A stretch of 57,906 nucleotides of DNA, filler included, from Sphacelaria rigidula (Eukaryota): assembly GCA_964200075.2 (NCBI GenBank). It is 5 parts of 5 records of this genome, joined end to end, with 100 filler letters (N's around TTAATTAATTAA, not from the genome) between each part and the next. Parts side by side here need not be neighbours in the genome. Positions count along the whole stretch, not along the records: positions 1 to 11,505 come from CAXNAA020004855.1; 4 more parts are not named here. The stretch is one strand, 5' to 3'. A model generated the notes under the pieces. It saw nothing but the letters and a program-made list of their open reading frames with translations. It searched no databases and had not been told where the DNA came from. The stretch's first letter is position 1. Each line of letters begins with the position of its first letter. A program made the translations under genes and the position numbers. Positions 1-11,605 of the stretch are shown here, piece after piece.

Positions 1-76
1 GTTCCGTCCAGGCTTTGTAGGGGTGCGAGGTCAAAGGTCTGATGACTATGGCATGCATGATCATGAGTACACCCCC
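1..76 (+). repeat. 3' end of dispersed repeat family A
   Basis: tttgtagggg..gtcaa..gactatggcatgcatgatcatgagtacacccc recurs at 23207-23255, about 35570-35632 and about 50890-50948. Confidence 0.8.
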
Positions 77-112
77 GAAGAGATCTCTGTCGATTCGTAG
101 GTAGCACTGTAC

Positions 113-366
113 CTGTGGTGGACTCAGCAGTCTCCTCATAGCATCAAACACCACCCGAAACATCCATGGATTGCCACCAAGAGCCGCGTGGAGAACCGGG
201 TACGTGTTCTTTAACAAGCCATTTTTATCCGCATGCCCATGAGACGCTCCACCGTATGTAGTGGTGAGATGTGTTCCCGCCTGGGCGCGGTCGGACATCC
301 CGTTCAGCAAGGCCTCCACCGCTTGCGGGACCCCGGTTTGAATAGCCTCCTGCATCGTCGTAGTAT
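113..366 (-). CDS. Internal exon with ankyrin-repeat-like helices (TTTMQEAIQTGVPQAVEALL...YPVLHAALGGNPWMFRVVFDAMRRLL)
   Basis: Open frame between acceptor tttttgtcag and donor gtacag, phase 1 to 0; PVLHAALGGN resembles an ankyrin TPLH-A motif; the gene continues beyond the window start. Confidence 0.55.
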
Positions 367-762
367 CTGACAAAAACCAGCGCGGATGAGATGTGGGCGT
401 CCCCATTGACTCGTAAATAGTTGTGCTGACGATAGCTGCGAGATCAAATGATACCAAGTATCAAAGGAGCAAAGTTACACCGCGTATACACACACCATGC
501 ACCGCCGTGTGCTTGAAAAAGACACATGAACTGACGTACTAATACAGATATTGATCGAAGAAACAAAGCATCTTCAAAAGCGAAGGCCGAGTTCCACGAT
601 CAGCCGCACAGGAAGGAAAACGCCGTTTGGGAGAAGAACTCCTCTCTGCACGAACGGCGCACTCAGTACCGCCCTTGGTGACGTCGCTCGCACAAGCCCA
701 ACCCGCCCACTAGTGAGCCTTGCTGGCGGGAATCGGGGCTGACTGGCACTATATAGTCTAAC

Positions 763-799
763 CTGAAGTAGCAGAGGGGCTGGCTTCACGTACAGTAGC
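763..799 (-). CDS. Candidate small exon (ATVREASPSATS) of the ankyrin-like gene
   Basis: tag acceptor and gttaga donor; phase 0 to 1, compatible with flanking exons; upstream intron only 65 nt. Confidence 0.3.
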
Positions 800-864
800 C
801 TACGAGGTACCATGCGCCCGGCGAGCTGCGCCATCGGAGTCATTTATTAGTAAGGTGCGTGCAC

Positions 865-959
865 CATGTTTTTCCCTATGGGACATGTCTCGACCATCCC
901 GACATCAATTTGCAGGATGGTGTACAATGAATCAGGATTTCTTGGCTTTTGAATCGATT
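865..959 (-). CDS. Candidate exon (SIQKPRNPDSLYTILQIDVGMVETCPIGKNM) of the ankyrin-like gene
   Basis: cctcag acceptor and gtgcac donor; only one of three frames is open; phase 1 to 0. Confidence 0.35.
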
Positions 960-1694
960 CTGAGGTCGACCTGGACGCACACAAAAAAGACCGCACGAGG
1001 ACCTAAATGGAGACATGTTGATGTCAAGTTGCAAATACTCATTGAGACGGCTTCTACTTGCGATATAGGTCTCCTGACCGGTGAAATTCTGTCGTAATAA
1101 ATTTTTATTGACCAATCAAAAACCGCCATGCCCAATCTCTTTGGACTTGTTCTGCATTGGAAATGTTACGACAAGGGACGTTTCGAGCAGGCGCTTCTTG
1201 TTCAATGAACGTCGGGCGGCGAGGACAGAATAGAAATACATCGAAACACGCACACAACACTTTGAAAGCTAGAGATTGTCACTACAGCGCCTCCGCGAGG
1301 GTGAAAGGCACCTCATGCCCGTGGTTCGGTGCACTTTATCGTATTTCTCGGGCACATCGCAAGTTGTCCAACGCGTCAACTGTCATTGGTATCAAAACCA
1401 CAACGTGGTCGCTAGGAACAGCACTTATTTCGTCATCTCTTCGGGAGATCCAACACACCATGCCGGAAACGAAATGTGCAATCGAAAGTCAGTACGATAG
1501 GAAAATACAGTTCCAAACGAACATGACGACGACCCCGGAAATTGCCGAACCATTTCACACCCTGGACAATACAATGCGTTTTCAATTTATATTGGTCGAT
1601 CATGTTGGATTTTTGCGATATATTTCCGGCGTAATATATAATGGTATCCTTGGACTGCACACGTATTGCGCGCCCAATACGGTATGTATATATT

Positions 1695-4600
1695 ACTTCC
1701 CTTCCTCCTGGTCTGCCCCCTGCTGGGATGGGCCGAGGACCGCTAGTGATCTTAGACCACACACAAAGACCACCAAACCAAGGAAGGCGGAGCAGGGAAA
1801 GGCAGGGGACACGAGCCCGACCCTCGTATCGACGGGGAGACAAAGTTCGGAAGATAAGAGGCACCACAATCACGAGAGGGGCGTGTGCTTCGTTTCGGAA
1901 CAACTCAGCGGCGGCATGCAGCTAAAGGCTAAAGCACCGGTCTGGACACCGGGGCTATGCAGCAGCGGAGAGCGCAGTGGGGACAGCCTAGATAGGAATA
2001 GAGGGGCTGCACATCGCGTGGGTACGCACATCACGAGCGAGGAAGGAGTAGAGTTGGACAGAGCAGGAGAGTTGCACCTGCCTGTGAAAAAGGACGAGCA
2101 CAGGGCTAGCAAGAGCCAGGGGATCCAAAACGCGATAAAAATAAAACAGATAAAAAGAGCAGGGAAAAGAGGAGGAGGGGCCGGGCGAGGCGGAGGCTTG
2201 CCAGGAAAGCAGCACGAGTAGCCCGGGCGAGACAGCGGAGTCAACTTGTTAAGGTAGCCACTTACAATGTTAGAACTCTAGCTATGAAAGGGGCTAAGGG
2301 ATGGGGGCGATACCTCAGCGTCTTGTAGGAGGCTGCAAGACTTACCCTATCGGTGGTAGAACTGCAGGAGACGCGCAGGGCAGGGCGAACAAACTGTACA
2401 GCAGCAGGGTTCAGAGTCTTCTGCTGTGGGAGCGAGTCAGGCGGGCAACACAGTGTGGGAATAGCCGCGAAAGAGTCGATTTGCAATTACGCCACCCACA
2501 CCACTGAGTACGTCGACGAGCGCTTCATGGCAATGCGGTTTAAAATATCAGGACAGAGCGGAGCGATCAATTTCGTAGCTGCGTATGCTACAACTGAAGT
2601 CGCCAAGAACGAAACGAAACAAACGTTCTGGAATGGACTTGACGATCTCGTACAGCGAATGCCGTCGAAGGAATGTGTGAATGTTTTGATGGATGCCAAC
2701 GCGCGGACGGGGAACAAAGTAGGAGAGGGCTTAGAGGACGAAGGGGTCCCAGGCGCCTATGGACGTGACGAGCTGAACGATAACGGCAAACTTCTGCTAA
2801 CTTTCGCCTCCGACAACAAACTAGCCATCACGAACACCTTCTTAAGCACGCGCAGAGGTAGAATCTCGCATACATGCAACAGTGTTGCGGGGGATCGCAC
2901 GAGCGACCTCAAGCACATCGACTACATACTCACCCGGCAGGCACACCGAGGTAGAGTGCACAACGTGGCGTTACACCCCCACACCCCCGGCTAAAGCGGA
3001 CTCGGACCACAACATGGTGGTGGCCACTGTCGACCTCGGTGGCCGCCTTGCCCACAACCGCCAAGTACGCACCAAGTCGAAGCAGCGGCAAGTCAGTCGA
3101 CAGCAACTGCGGACCGAAATGGCAGGGTGGCACGTGACCGAGAGGTTCCTACAAAACCTCGCCGAGCAAAAATACCAGCCAATCACCACCGCACCGACGG
3201 CCGCGAAGGATTTTACCGAAGCTATCCTCGAAGCAGCGCAGACAGTACTCCCGGAGGAGCCATGGATACCACGTATGCCGGAATGGTGTGAGAACCCCGG
3301 CACGAGAGCAACAGTGGAGGCAGCGCTCGCCAAACGACAGGAGGCACGCCAACTGATGAAGCATCACTGGACCTCAGCATCGTGGAAGCGCTCAGAGCCG
3401 CATGTAAGAACGTGCGTACAGCAATAGATGGCGGCACCCATGCACATCTGGAGAGGTATGTGGCAAGGCTAGAAGCGATTTACAAGGCTCGCGACATGAG
3501 AGGCCTGTACAAACATCTCAAGAGATCGGTCGGTCTTGGTAGAAGGCAATCCGGAAAAAGAAGCTCATAAAGGACGAGACCGGCGTCCTCCCGAGGAACG
3601 AAATTGCCATCCTTGAACGGTGGGCGAGATTCTTCCGCACCCTGCTCAACGCCGAATCGCCCACGCTGACTCCAGCCATCATCAAGGAGGTGAAACAGCG
3701 ACCGGCAGCGTCAAACACCGGGGATTCAGTACCGCTTGGGGCAGCACCAACACTGGAGGAAACTAGACGAGCAGTCCAGGGGATGCACAACTGGAAAGTG
3801 CCAGGACACGACTCCCTTCCTGTGGAGCTACTCAAAATCGACGGCCGCGCCGAGCCCATCGTCCTCGAACGCTTCCATACCATTCTCGTCGAGGTGTGGA
3901 ACGGAGGGGAGGTCCCGAAGAAGTGGAAAGATGCAACCATCAAGGTGCTGTACAAGACCTCGGACCGGTCCGACTGCAATAACTACACAGGGATATCTCT
4001 GGTATCGCACGCAGGGAAAGTGCTCCTGACGATAGTGGCCAACCCCCTCAGCGACTTCTGCCAAACGCACGGGATATTACCGGAGGAACAGTGCGGCTTT
4101 CAACCTGACCGATCCACTGTCGACATGCTGTTTGTAGTGCGCCGACTGCAGGAGCTGGGATGGCGGCGGAGAATACCACTGTACATGTGCTTCGTCTACC
4201 TCCAAAAGGCATATGGCTCGGTCGACCGAGAGCTTCTGTGGCAGGTACTGGCCCGAACTGGTATTTCGGATGAAATGATAGCAGTTATCCGCCAATTCCA
4301 CGACGGTATGCAGGCCCGCGTACGCATGGACGACGGGGAGCTCTCGGAGTGGTTTGAAGTCCCACAGAGACTGCGACAAGGATGTGTACGGTCTCCCCTG
4401 CTGTTCAACATCTTCTTCACGGCAGTGCTCGAGATGGTCCTCGTGCGATTCAGCGAGGATGATATCATCATCAAGGGTATGGTACATCTCGATGAGGACA
4501 CGGGGAGGGGGGGGAGACACCACTGAAGTGTGCACGCAGAGCGGTGTGGGGAATGCTGTATGCCGACGATACCGGCGTCGTCTCGACATGCCCCGATGGA

Positions 4601-6073
4601 CTGGCGAGGATGATGACCATCATAGTGGACGTGTTTGGGGCTTTTGGACTGACCGTATCGGAGGAGAAGACAGAGACTCTCTTGATGCGAGTGCCGAGGC
4701 AAGCACCGAAAAAGGGGGAGTCACCGACGCCATCCCCCCCACCGCTGATCATCGAAGCAGCGGGCCAGAATCACGCACAGTAAAGTAGTTTCCGGTACTT
4801 GGGCGGGCTTGTCAACGAAGAGGGCGAACTCAAGCAAGAAATCAACAATCGGAGCAAAGCAGCGTGGGCGTGCATAAGGGAGTTCTCCCGGGAGCTCTTT
4901 GACCGACCGAAAGCATCATGGAGACTCAAGACCCGACTGCTGAAAGCAGAGACGATGGAGGCCCTACTATACGGATGCATGACGTGGGCCCCGCTCCGCG
5001 AACAGTACGACTTGCTGAGAAAGGTACACTTCCGGCTCCTCCTGCGAGTCATCGGTTACCACCGAGTGCGCGGCACACACCGACAACTGTCGTATGCACA
5101 GGCCCCCAAGAAGACCGGATGCCAAAGTGCCGAAGCCATCGTCCGGCAAAGACGACTGCTGTTCGCGGGAGCCCTGGCGAGACAACCGGACGGACGATTA
5201 CCGAAGCGAACAGTATTCGGAACACTGGTCGGGGGGGAGGATCCAGGACCAGGGTGCCCTGAACAAAACTGGCTGAAGTGCCTGAGGGACGATTTCCACG
5301 CTTTCTGAGCCACAGACGGCTTTACGGACGACAACCGCCAGACATTCGGAATTGAGCGCGTCCTATGGAACTCAGGAGCGAACAAGGAGGGGGGGGGTTG
5401 CCGTGGCACGCGGGAGTGCTGCAGGGAGCGGAGAGGTTCATGACCTCATGCACAGAAATCAAGAGGAGGCCAGCCGACTACGTGCTATTAGACGGGAGAC
5501 CAACGAAGCCCACATAGCACGGCATTGACGACGGTCCAGAGAAGGGGTGGGGGTGGGGGGTGGGGGGTGAATCCCCCCGGATGAGGGATGTCTTCATGTC
5601 ATGCAGTGCTAGTCTTGATACACCTGGTATACTTGTACATATGGCTGTCCGTTGAGAGGTCGAAAAATGGAACCTTGCGATTCTTAGTTCTTTGCTTGGT
5701 GGTATTTGGGGCCTTGAGTCTCGCCCGTAGTCGGACCCTATGTTCATTTCTACTTGGCCTCGCGCGTCGAGTTGGAAAGCCGGGTGCCACCCCCTGAAGT
5801 AAGAATGGCCACCTGCTGCACCGGATTTTCTGAGGTCAGCCATATGTGTTTTCTTTCTTTATTATTTATCCCTGTTTTGCTTGTATCGCGTTTTGTGAGT
5901 TTTAATCTAGGTCTAACTTGCTTTTTTGGTTTTGTTTGATTTCCCCATACCTTATGATACGTAGCTAGCCTGTGACCACGGAAGGCGTCCGCATCAGATG
6001 CCCAGTACGAATGTACCGCGCAGATATCGGAACGGTTTTGAATGTGAAGACAACCACAACAACAACAACAACA
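1695..6073 (+). mobile_element. Near full-length RTE-like non-LTR retrotransposon (LINE)
   Basis: APE endonuclease and RT coding remnants, T-rich 3' UTR, (CAA)n tail at about 6050-6073, candidate TSD atatatt (1688-1694 and 6074-6080). Confidence 0.9.
2254..5500 (+). pseudogene. Frameshifted LINE polyprotein: APE endonuclease + reverse transcriptase
   Basis: ATYNVRTL, LQETRR, MDANAR, IDYIL, SDHNMV (endonuclease); KVPGHD, YTGISL, EQCGF, LRQGC..SPLLF, YADD at 4559-4570, FRYLG; frameshifts near 2990, 3385, 3550 and 4510 and a stop at 4781; end approximate. Confidence 0.9.
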
Positions 6074-6541
6074 ATATATTGATGAAGTGGGACTGCATAC
6101 ACATTGCCCTCCCAATATATTCTAGTATCGTGGGATTGCACACATATCGTCCCATCCATGTATATATATTGGGCCAATGTGGGCGACGATATATTGCACG
6201 CACGGATGGCCAGTGGGGTGCCTGCAACCTCAAATTTGGGCGTTACATACGTTGAACAAGGTCTGTAACGTCCAAATTTGAGGTGACAGGCACCCCAGTG
6301 GCCACCCTTGCGACCAACATGTATATTAGGCTCGAATTGGTGAGAACATATTGACCGGTCAATATGCCGCGTGAGTGCCAAGGTATTGGTCGGTCAATAT
6401 ATATATTGGATATCAAGCACAGTTTACGCTCTGAGAAAGATCCAGACTCGATGCATGCCGGAGCCCGTGTAGATTGGGAAACGTTTCAAAGGAAGTCGAA
6501 AAAGTTCGCCTGCATTGCTACGGAGAGTTGTGGAATTCGTT

Positions 6542-6576
<35 letters not shown>

Positions 6577-7928
6577 CCAGAAAATGTGGTGACAGAAGAA
6601 GCGACCCGGTATATATGCCTTCTGATATTTATCTGGTCACCAGTGCGGGGCTGCCCATCCCCTGCACAGTATGTAATATATCTTGGCTGAAAGTCACAAC
6701 GGCAGAAAACGAGGGTCGATATGCGCCTTGTGGTACCCCTGTGGCCATCAGTGCTGTGTTGTTCGACCCTCAACAATAGAATATGCTCCAATATGATATC
6801 AATGCTTTGTATTGGAGACAACGCAAATATCACCCTTTCAATATATATATAATATATATATTGTGTTGAGATGTCCTCGGAGACATTGAAGCAACATCAT
6901 ATATTTTTCGTGTCATGATCTTGAAGTAATGCATGACAATATACATTTGGCATGCATTGTCTCCGGGAACAAAACATTCCATATATATTGTGCATGCCGG
7001 CCGTGTTTGTATTGATGGGTCAAAATATATTGAATTTAAGCGATGCGTAACATAGTTACAATAATACATGTTGAACACAAACCATGCAAAATTATTATTT
7101 TTCCGATATATATTGCGCACAATCATCGCATAGCTTTTGTGCAGCCTAATATACATTGAACACGCTCGCGGAGGAGTATATTGAGCGTTTCCGGCATGCG
7201 GCGATACATTTTTCAATGGCGCCCGCGAACATAGAACTGCCCACAATGCTAATTCCATTACACTTTCCGATCAATATGTTGAATAATCGATATATATATA
7301 TATATATATATATATTGCTACACTAATATGTATTGTGATCTTCGGTTCCCTTGTGTATTGTCCGCTCAAAATATATTGGACGCGTCGACGCAGGACATTT
7401 TTGGGCGGCAATATATATTGGCGCTTCGTGTGTTGAATATAATGAATCGTCAATATCTTTATTGACCGTGTGTGGCAGCCATTATATTACTCGACAAATA
7501 TGTATTGGTGCCTTATATGGGTCACTACACAGCTGAAGAATGCCGCCAGAGGGCTATGAGCCCTCGCCTCTCTGAGACAGCAGAGCGCTCTATCGATTAA
7601 GCTATGACGGTGCGTTGAGGACAGGATTCACACTTACCGCACCAACATATTACTCGACCAATATATATTGAGGTGGCGCGTGCCGTGATATTGTTCGGTC
7701 GATATATATCGCACGTCGCGAGCCTTGACACATTGATTGCACAATGTACACTCCGTATGGATCTGTCTCTCGTGCCATCTAATTGCTCACCCAATATATG
7801 TTAACCGCCACGGTCACTACTGCACATTGAGATACAGCAGCATCTCTTGACCGCATATTTTCGACTTGCGTCTCCCCCGGGAAGCCCGTACAAACCTCCC
7901 GAAGGGGAACTTTGTATATACTACATAC
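6074..7928. repeat. Internal array of dispersed ATATATT/AATATAT motifs plus (TA)n tracts in the TIR element
   Basis: Many caatatat/atatattg words on both strands; (TA)n at about 6545-6572 and 7290-7315; the same motifs occur at 1580-1694. Confidence 0.75.
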
Positions 7929-8070
7929 TGTATTGTCCAGGGTGTGAACCATTTCGATATTTCTACACACGGCTGTACAAGCTCCAAATTCCTCGCCGTG
8001 CAACTACGAACAATCACAACTTGAGGATGACTACTAATTGCTGCACAAGATCTTCCGTCATATCGCTTAC

Positions 8071-8097
8071 GCTTATCTTCAACTGAGGACTTATCAC
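8071..8097 (-). CDS. Candidate micro-exon (GDKSSVEDK) of the ankyrin-like gene
   Basis: cttcag acceptor, gtaagc donor, phase 1 to 1. Confidence 0.35.
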
Positions 8098-8230
8098 CTG
8101 AAGCGTGAACAAACTCCGTAACTGTGTACCTCGTGTGCCGACGCTGACTCGACTGTGCCTTCTAACCGAAATTTCAGAAAGCTCCTGGCGTCACTTCTGA
8201 ACAGTGCATGATTCCGAATGCTAGTCTTAC

Positions 8231-8354
8231 CTTGATTGGTGTAAGCAGAGTTGCCCGATGCCTCAGGACACCTGGAGTCAGTGCCATCCGAAGGTGCACG
8301 ATCGCCACCGTGGGCAGGAGGGCTGTCCACATCATCCTCCTTGCTTTCAGACAT
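8231..8354 (-). CDS. Candidate first coding exon (MSESKEDDVDSPPAHGG...AYTNQ)
   Basis: ATG at 8354, strong donor AAG|gtaaga, phase 1; acidic low-complexity N-terminus. Confidence 0.4.
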
Positions 8355-9570
8355 GGGGATTCTAAGCTCTTGTTTCCGGGGTGATGGTAAACGGCGATCC
8401 GGTGATGCCCTTGATACAGCAGATTGAACCGAGCGCCGGTGGTGTACTGAACCCACACTAAAGCCACTTGAAGTAGTTCGGATAGCCCCCGTGCAGAATG
8501 TGCGGCGGGCACAGTGTCGCCCCGCGAGGCACTCGGTTCGGGAAATCTGCAGACTCAGATCAAATCAACACGAGCACGTATGTGCAGGAGGGGTGGGGGG
8601 GAAAGGGGGAACGGAGGAAGAAAATATGAGACTATTTCCTGTCGTGAGGCATCCCGTTTCTTCATGGAACAGGGCACGACGCCATGAAGCTATGTTTTTG
8701 CTTGCCCGGTGAGCAAAGATGCCCACCAGGGTACGCTTACAGTGACATATCACACTACAGGTCGGCGTGCGAGCGTCAAGTAAAGACGTTTACATATCCC
8801 TCCACCAAGGCCCATCAAGGGTTCACTCAACCATGTTGAAGGGACAGCAGTAGCTTTGTGATACAAAAATGTTCATGTCCCCACGGTGCGGAAGGCAGCA
8901 ATGCTACTGCTGCTTTTTTCACCAGCTGCGGGGCGATACCGGGGTTAGGAAGCGAAGCTGTGGATGAGCAATACTTGACGAAAACCGCATGCAAAGCAGG
9001 AGTGCAAAACCCAAAGACATTTGCACATGCCAATAAGACCTACCCACCCTGCCCTCCAAAGGGCAAGATATAACAGTAGAAATCCCAGTGAATTGAGACG
9101 TCAGATTGGCACCGTCGCCCAGTTCGGGGCAGCGTTCATCAACTGAGAAAGACTCCCCAGTCCGATGTGTCACTTAACTGGTTTCGACTCCTTCAGCTCA
9201 GTCGACTGCTCTTGAGAGGGACATTTCTAATCACACAGGTCAACACCCAGCACCACAATAAGTTCAACACCGTCAACGCTGCACACTACTCACGGCGCAT
9301 TCTGGAACGAACCACCCACCGAATATACTGCACGTGCGGCGGAGTCCAGATACCGACCGTAAGAAAGGTTGCGTCAAGCGGTGCCACTAGTAGCCGTCAC
9401 GAAACCGTGCTAGAGGCCGTCACGGAACGTGGAATATATTATGCATTCCCGTCATGCTGCCGCATCCCGCGATACTCAGTGCCCACTAGAATGTTCCAGC
9501 GGGACACCGTCGATGTCGACCAATGGTAACGTCACACGTGACACTGGGAAGCCGTTGCCGTTGAAGAGAG

Positions 9571-9781
9571 TGTAATGCGTGAGAGGACCGCGTCCTTAGA
9601 GGACCGCACCGGAATTTGAAAACCCCCATGGTGAGGGTTAGGGTTAGGGTTAGTGTTGGGGTTATGGTCAGGGGCGTGGTACCTTCAGGGACTGGCCCGA
9701 TTGGTTTAGAAAAACGTCGATCCTGAGGTATTTTGAACTACGGCGCGGTCCTCTAAGCACGCGGTCCTCTCACGCATTACA
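9571..9781. mobile_element. MITE with 41-bp TIRs (TGT...ACA) enclosing TTAGGG telomeric repeats
   Basis: tgtaatgcgtgagaggaccgcgtccttagaggaccgcaccg (9571-9611) matches the reverse complement of 9741-9781 with 2 mismatches; gggttagggttagggttag at about 9635-9653. Confidence 0.85.
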
Positions 9782-10329
9782 GAAAGAACAAAATGTAGAC
9801 CAATTGTCCGCGGAGCTCAGATGATCTTCGTCTTACTGGGATCGGGGACCATTTCCGAGTTCCACGCAGTTTTGATCTAAAATAAAAGACAGGCCTCTCT
9901 GCTAATTTATGCCGAGCGATCCTTGTACTCGGATCAACAAGTAACCTATTTTCGAAGATTCGCTGGATCTCGACGGAGTGTACAATATGTCGCAACGAAC
10001 AAGAACTCTATTGTTTGTACGTTGTTCGGACCGCATTGGCCGTGCTTTCCGTTGCTCAATTCCAAATCGCAGAATGCCAGATACTTCAGTGGATCTCGTT
10101 ACGACAAGAAATAAAACAATTCCATTCCCCGAAAGTTTGTCAATGCTACTGGCGAGGAGCTAGACTGGAGCATAAGCACGTAATTCTTGCCCCTCACCCG
10201 ACCAGGGTATCGGACCCTTCTGCCGCAGGCATTCAGAATGTAAAAGTGATCTCCTTTGCCAATGTACGCTCGTGGATAATGCCCCAGTTTTGGTCTCGAC
10301 GATGACCCCGAGCGAGTAGAGAGCACCCA

Positions 10330-11100
10330 TCTAACTGTGTCTATATTGACGAAGACCATGCGACTGCGCTCGCAGGCGGGGCACCTCGACATCAATGCGG
10401 CTGGTCAGGTATACGAACAAACAGACATTTTGTTTGCCTGGGGAGGTCGATTACAGAGAGTGGCGACCTCTTGGTGGAAAGCCTACGCCAGATACGCAGG
10501 GCATTGTATTTGGTCCCCATCTCTGCTTTTTTCATCTCTTGTTTCCTGATGGTTACTTCTTTTTTGTTTGCTTTGATTTGTCTGTGCTTCCCCCCCCCTC
10601 CCCCCCTCCCCCCCCCCCCCCCCCCCCCCCACCCCCCCCCCCCCCCCCCTCCCCTTGTCTTTTGTATTCCTTTTTTTTACGTTCTATTGTTTTTATTCTT
10701 ATTTTCCTTCCCTTCATTTTCTTTTCATATTTTTTTCATGTTCCTCCTTTTTATTTCTGATCACGAGCTGAAGTGTTGCAATCAGCTAAGTAATGCGCGA
10801 TCATCATATTTTTTGCTTTTGTTCGTGCTTGTCGTTATGTTGTTGTTACTGCTGTTGTTTTTGTTGCTGTCGTTGTTTGTTGTTTGTTGGTCGTTGTTGT
10901 TGTTGTTGGTGTTTCTTTTTGTTGTTATCGCTGTCCACTTTCTTTTCTTCCTGAGGCCGTTGCTTCTATCGTTTTCTGTTCCTTTCTTTCTTTTTTTCTT
11001 TTTTATTATTCTGTTCTATTTTTGCTGCTCCTGACCACGGGCTGAATTGTTGCAAACAGCTAATGTGAGACAATCAATCAACCAATCAATCAATCAATCA
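10330..11100 (+). mobile_element. Truncated LINE remnant (post-RT peptide, pyrimidine-rich 3' UTR, (CAAT)n tail)
   Basis: TKTMRLRSQAGHLDINAAGQVYEQT aligns with LHINAAGQLYEQT (about 38900) and LIIEAAGQ (about 4750); caatcaatca tail at 11071-11100. Confidence 0.65.
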
Positions 11101-11166
11101 TATTGAACGACTCGACCGTCTGTGAAAGCCGACACATGTGATGACTGACCGCGAGTGAGATGCAAG

Positions 11167-11394
11167 TGTAATGCGTGTTCACGCTGCGTGCTTTTAGGAC
11201 CGCATCGGATCTTGAACACCCCAAGACCGACGTAGCGCGAGGACCGCTCGGATCTAATGAGAGCAGGTACCCCGCGCCGAGCACACTGAAGCTACGCTGT
11301 TTATCGAGCCAGGGGTAGCGAAGACAGGCGAGGTGACTGGAGCAACACGACGACGATACATTCCGCCCCGAAAAGGAGGAGAGCAAGGATTACA
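11167..11394. mobile_element. Diverged relative of the TGTAATGCGTG MITE
   Basis: Starts tgtaatgcgtg..aggaccgcatcgg and ends gattaca; flanks caag/aaag. Confidence 0.5.
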
Positions 11395-11505
11395 AAAGTA
11401 TGATATCCAAGCACCGGTAACTCGTCTAGGAGTCATCCTCGCAAGTGTATTGTGGTGGGAAAGAGTTGGCACAAGTGTATGTTAGGGAGATGTCGGCGCC
11501 TACCA

Positions 11506-11605
11506 NNNNNNNNNNNNNNNNNNNNNNNNNNNNNNNNNNNNNNNNNNNNTTAATTAATTAANNNNNNNNNNNNNNNNNNNNNNNNNNNNNNNNNNNNNNN
11601 NNNNN
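11506..11605. other. Artificial contig spacer N44-TTAATTAATTAA-N44
   Basis: Identical 100-bp linker occurs four times. Confidence 0.98.

Larger units (their letters stand above)
1556..7946. mobile_element. Non-autonomous DNA transposon (about 2 kb own sequence) with 18-bp TIRs and 8-bp TSD, hosting a nested LINE
   Basis: cacaccctggacaataca (1556-1573) and its exact reverse complement (7929-7946); aaccattt directly repeated at 1548-1555 and 7947-7954. Confidence 0.92.

Noticed and set aside
540..960. Recoded TGA (selenocysteine or readthrough) exons
   Set aside because: Several in-frame TGAs appear in one frame, but an alternative phase-consistent exon chain is fully open, so recoding is unnecessary.
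1157..2221. 354-aa ORF as a gene or LINE ORF1
   Set aside because: It crosses host intron, transposon TIR and LINE 5' boundaries, so it is chimeric. The part after 1695 could be LINE leader coding sequence but shows no recognisable motif.
10395..11034. Proline-rich or hydrophobic membrane protein ORFs
   Set aside because: Translations of poly-C and T-rich LINE 3' UTR low-complexity sequence.
11550..11561. TTAATTAATTAA as a biological motif (piggyBac TTAA or PacI site)
   Set aside because: Centred in N-runs and identical at all four junctions; synthetic linker.
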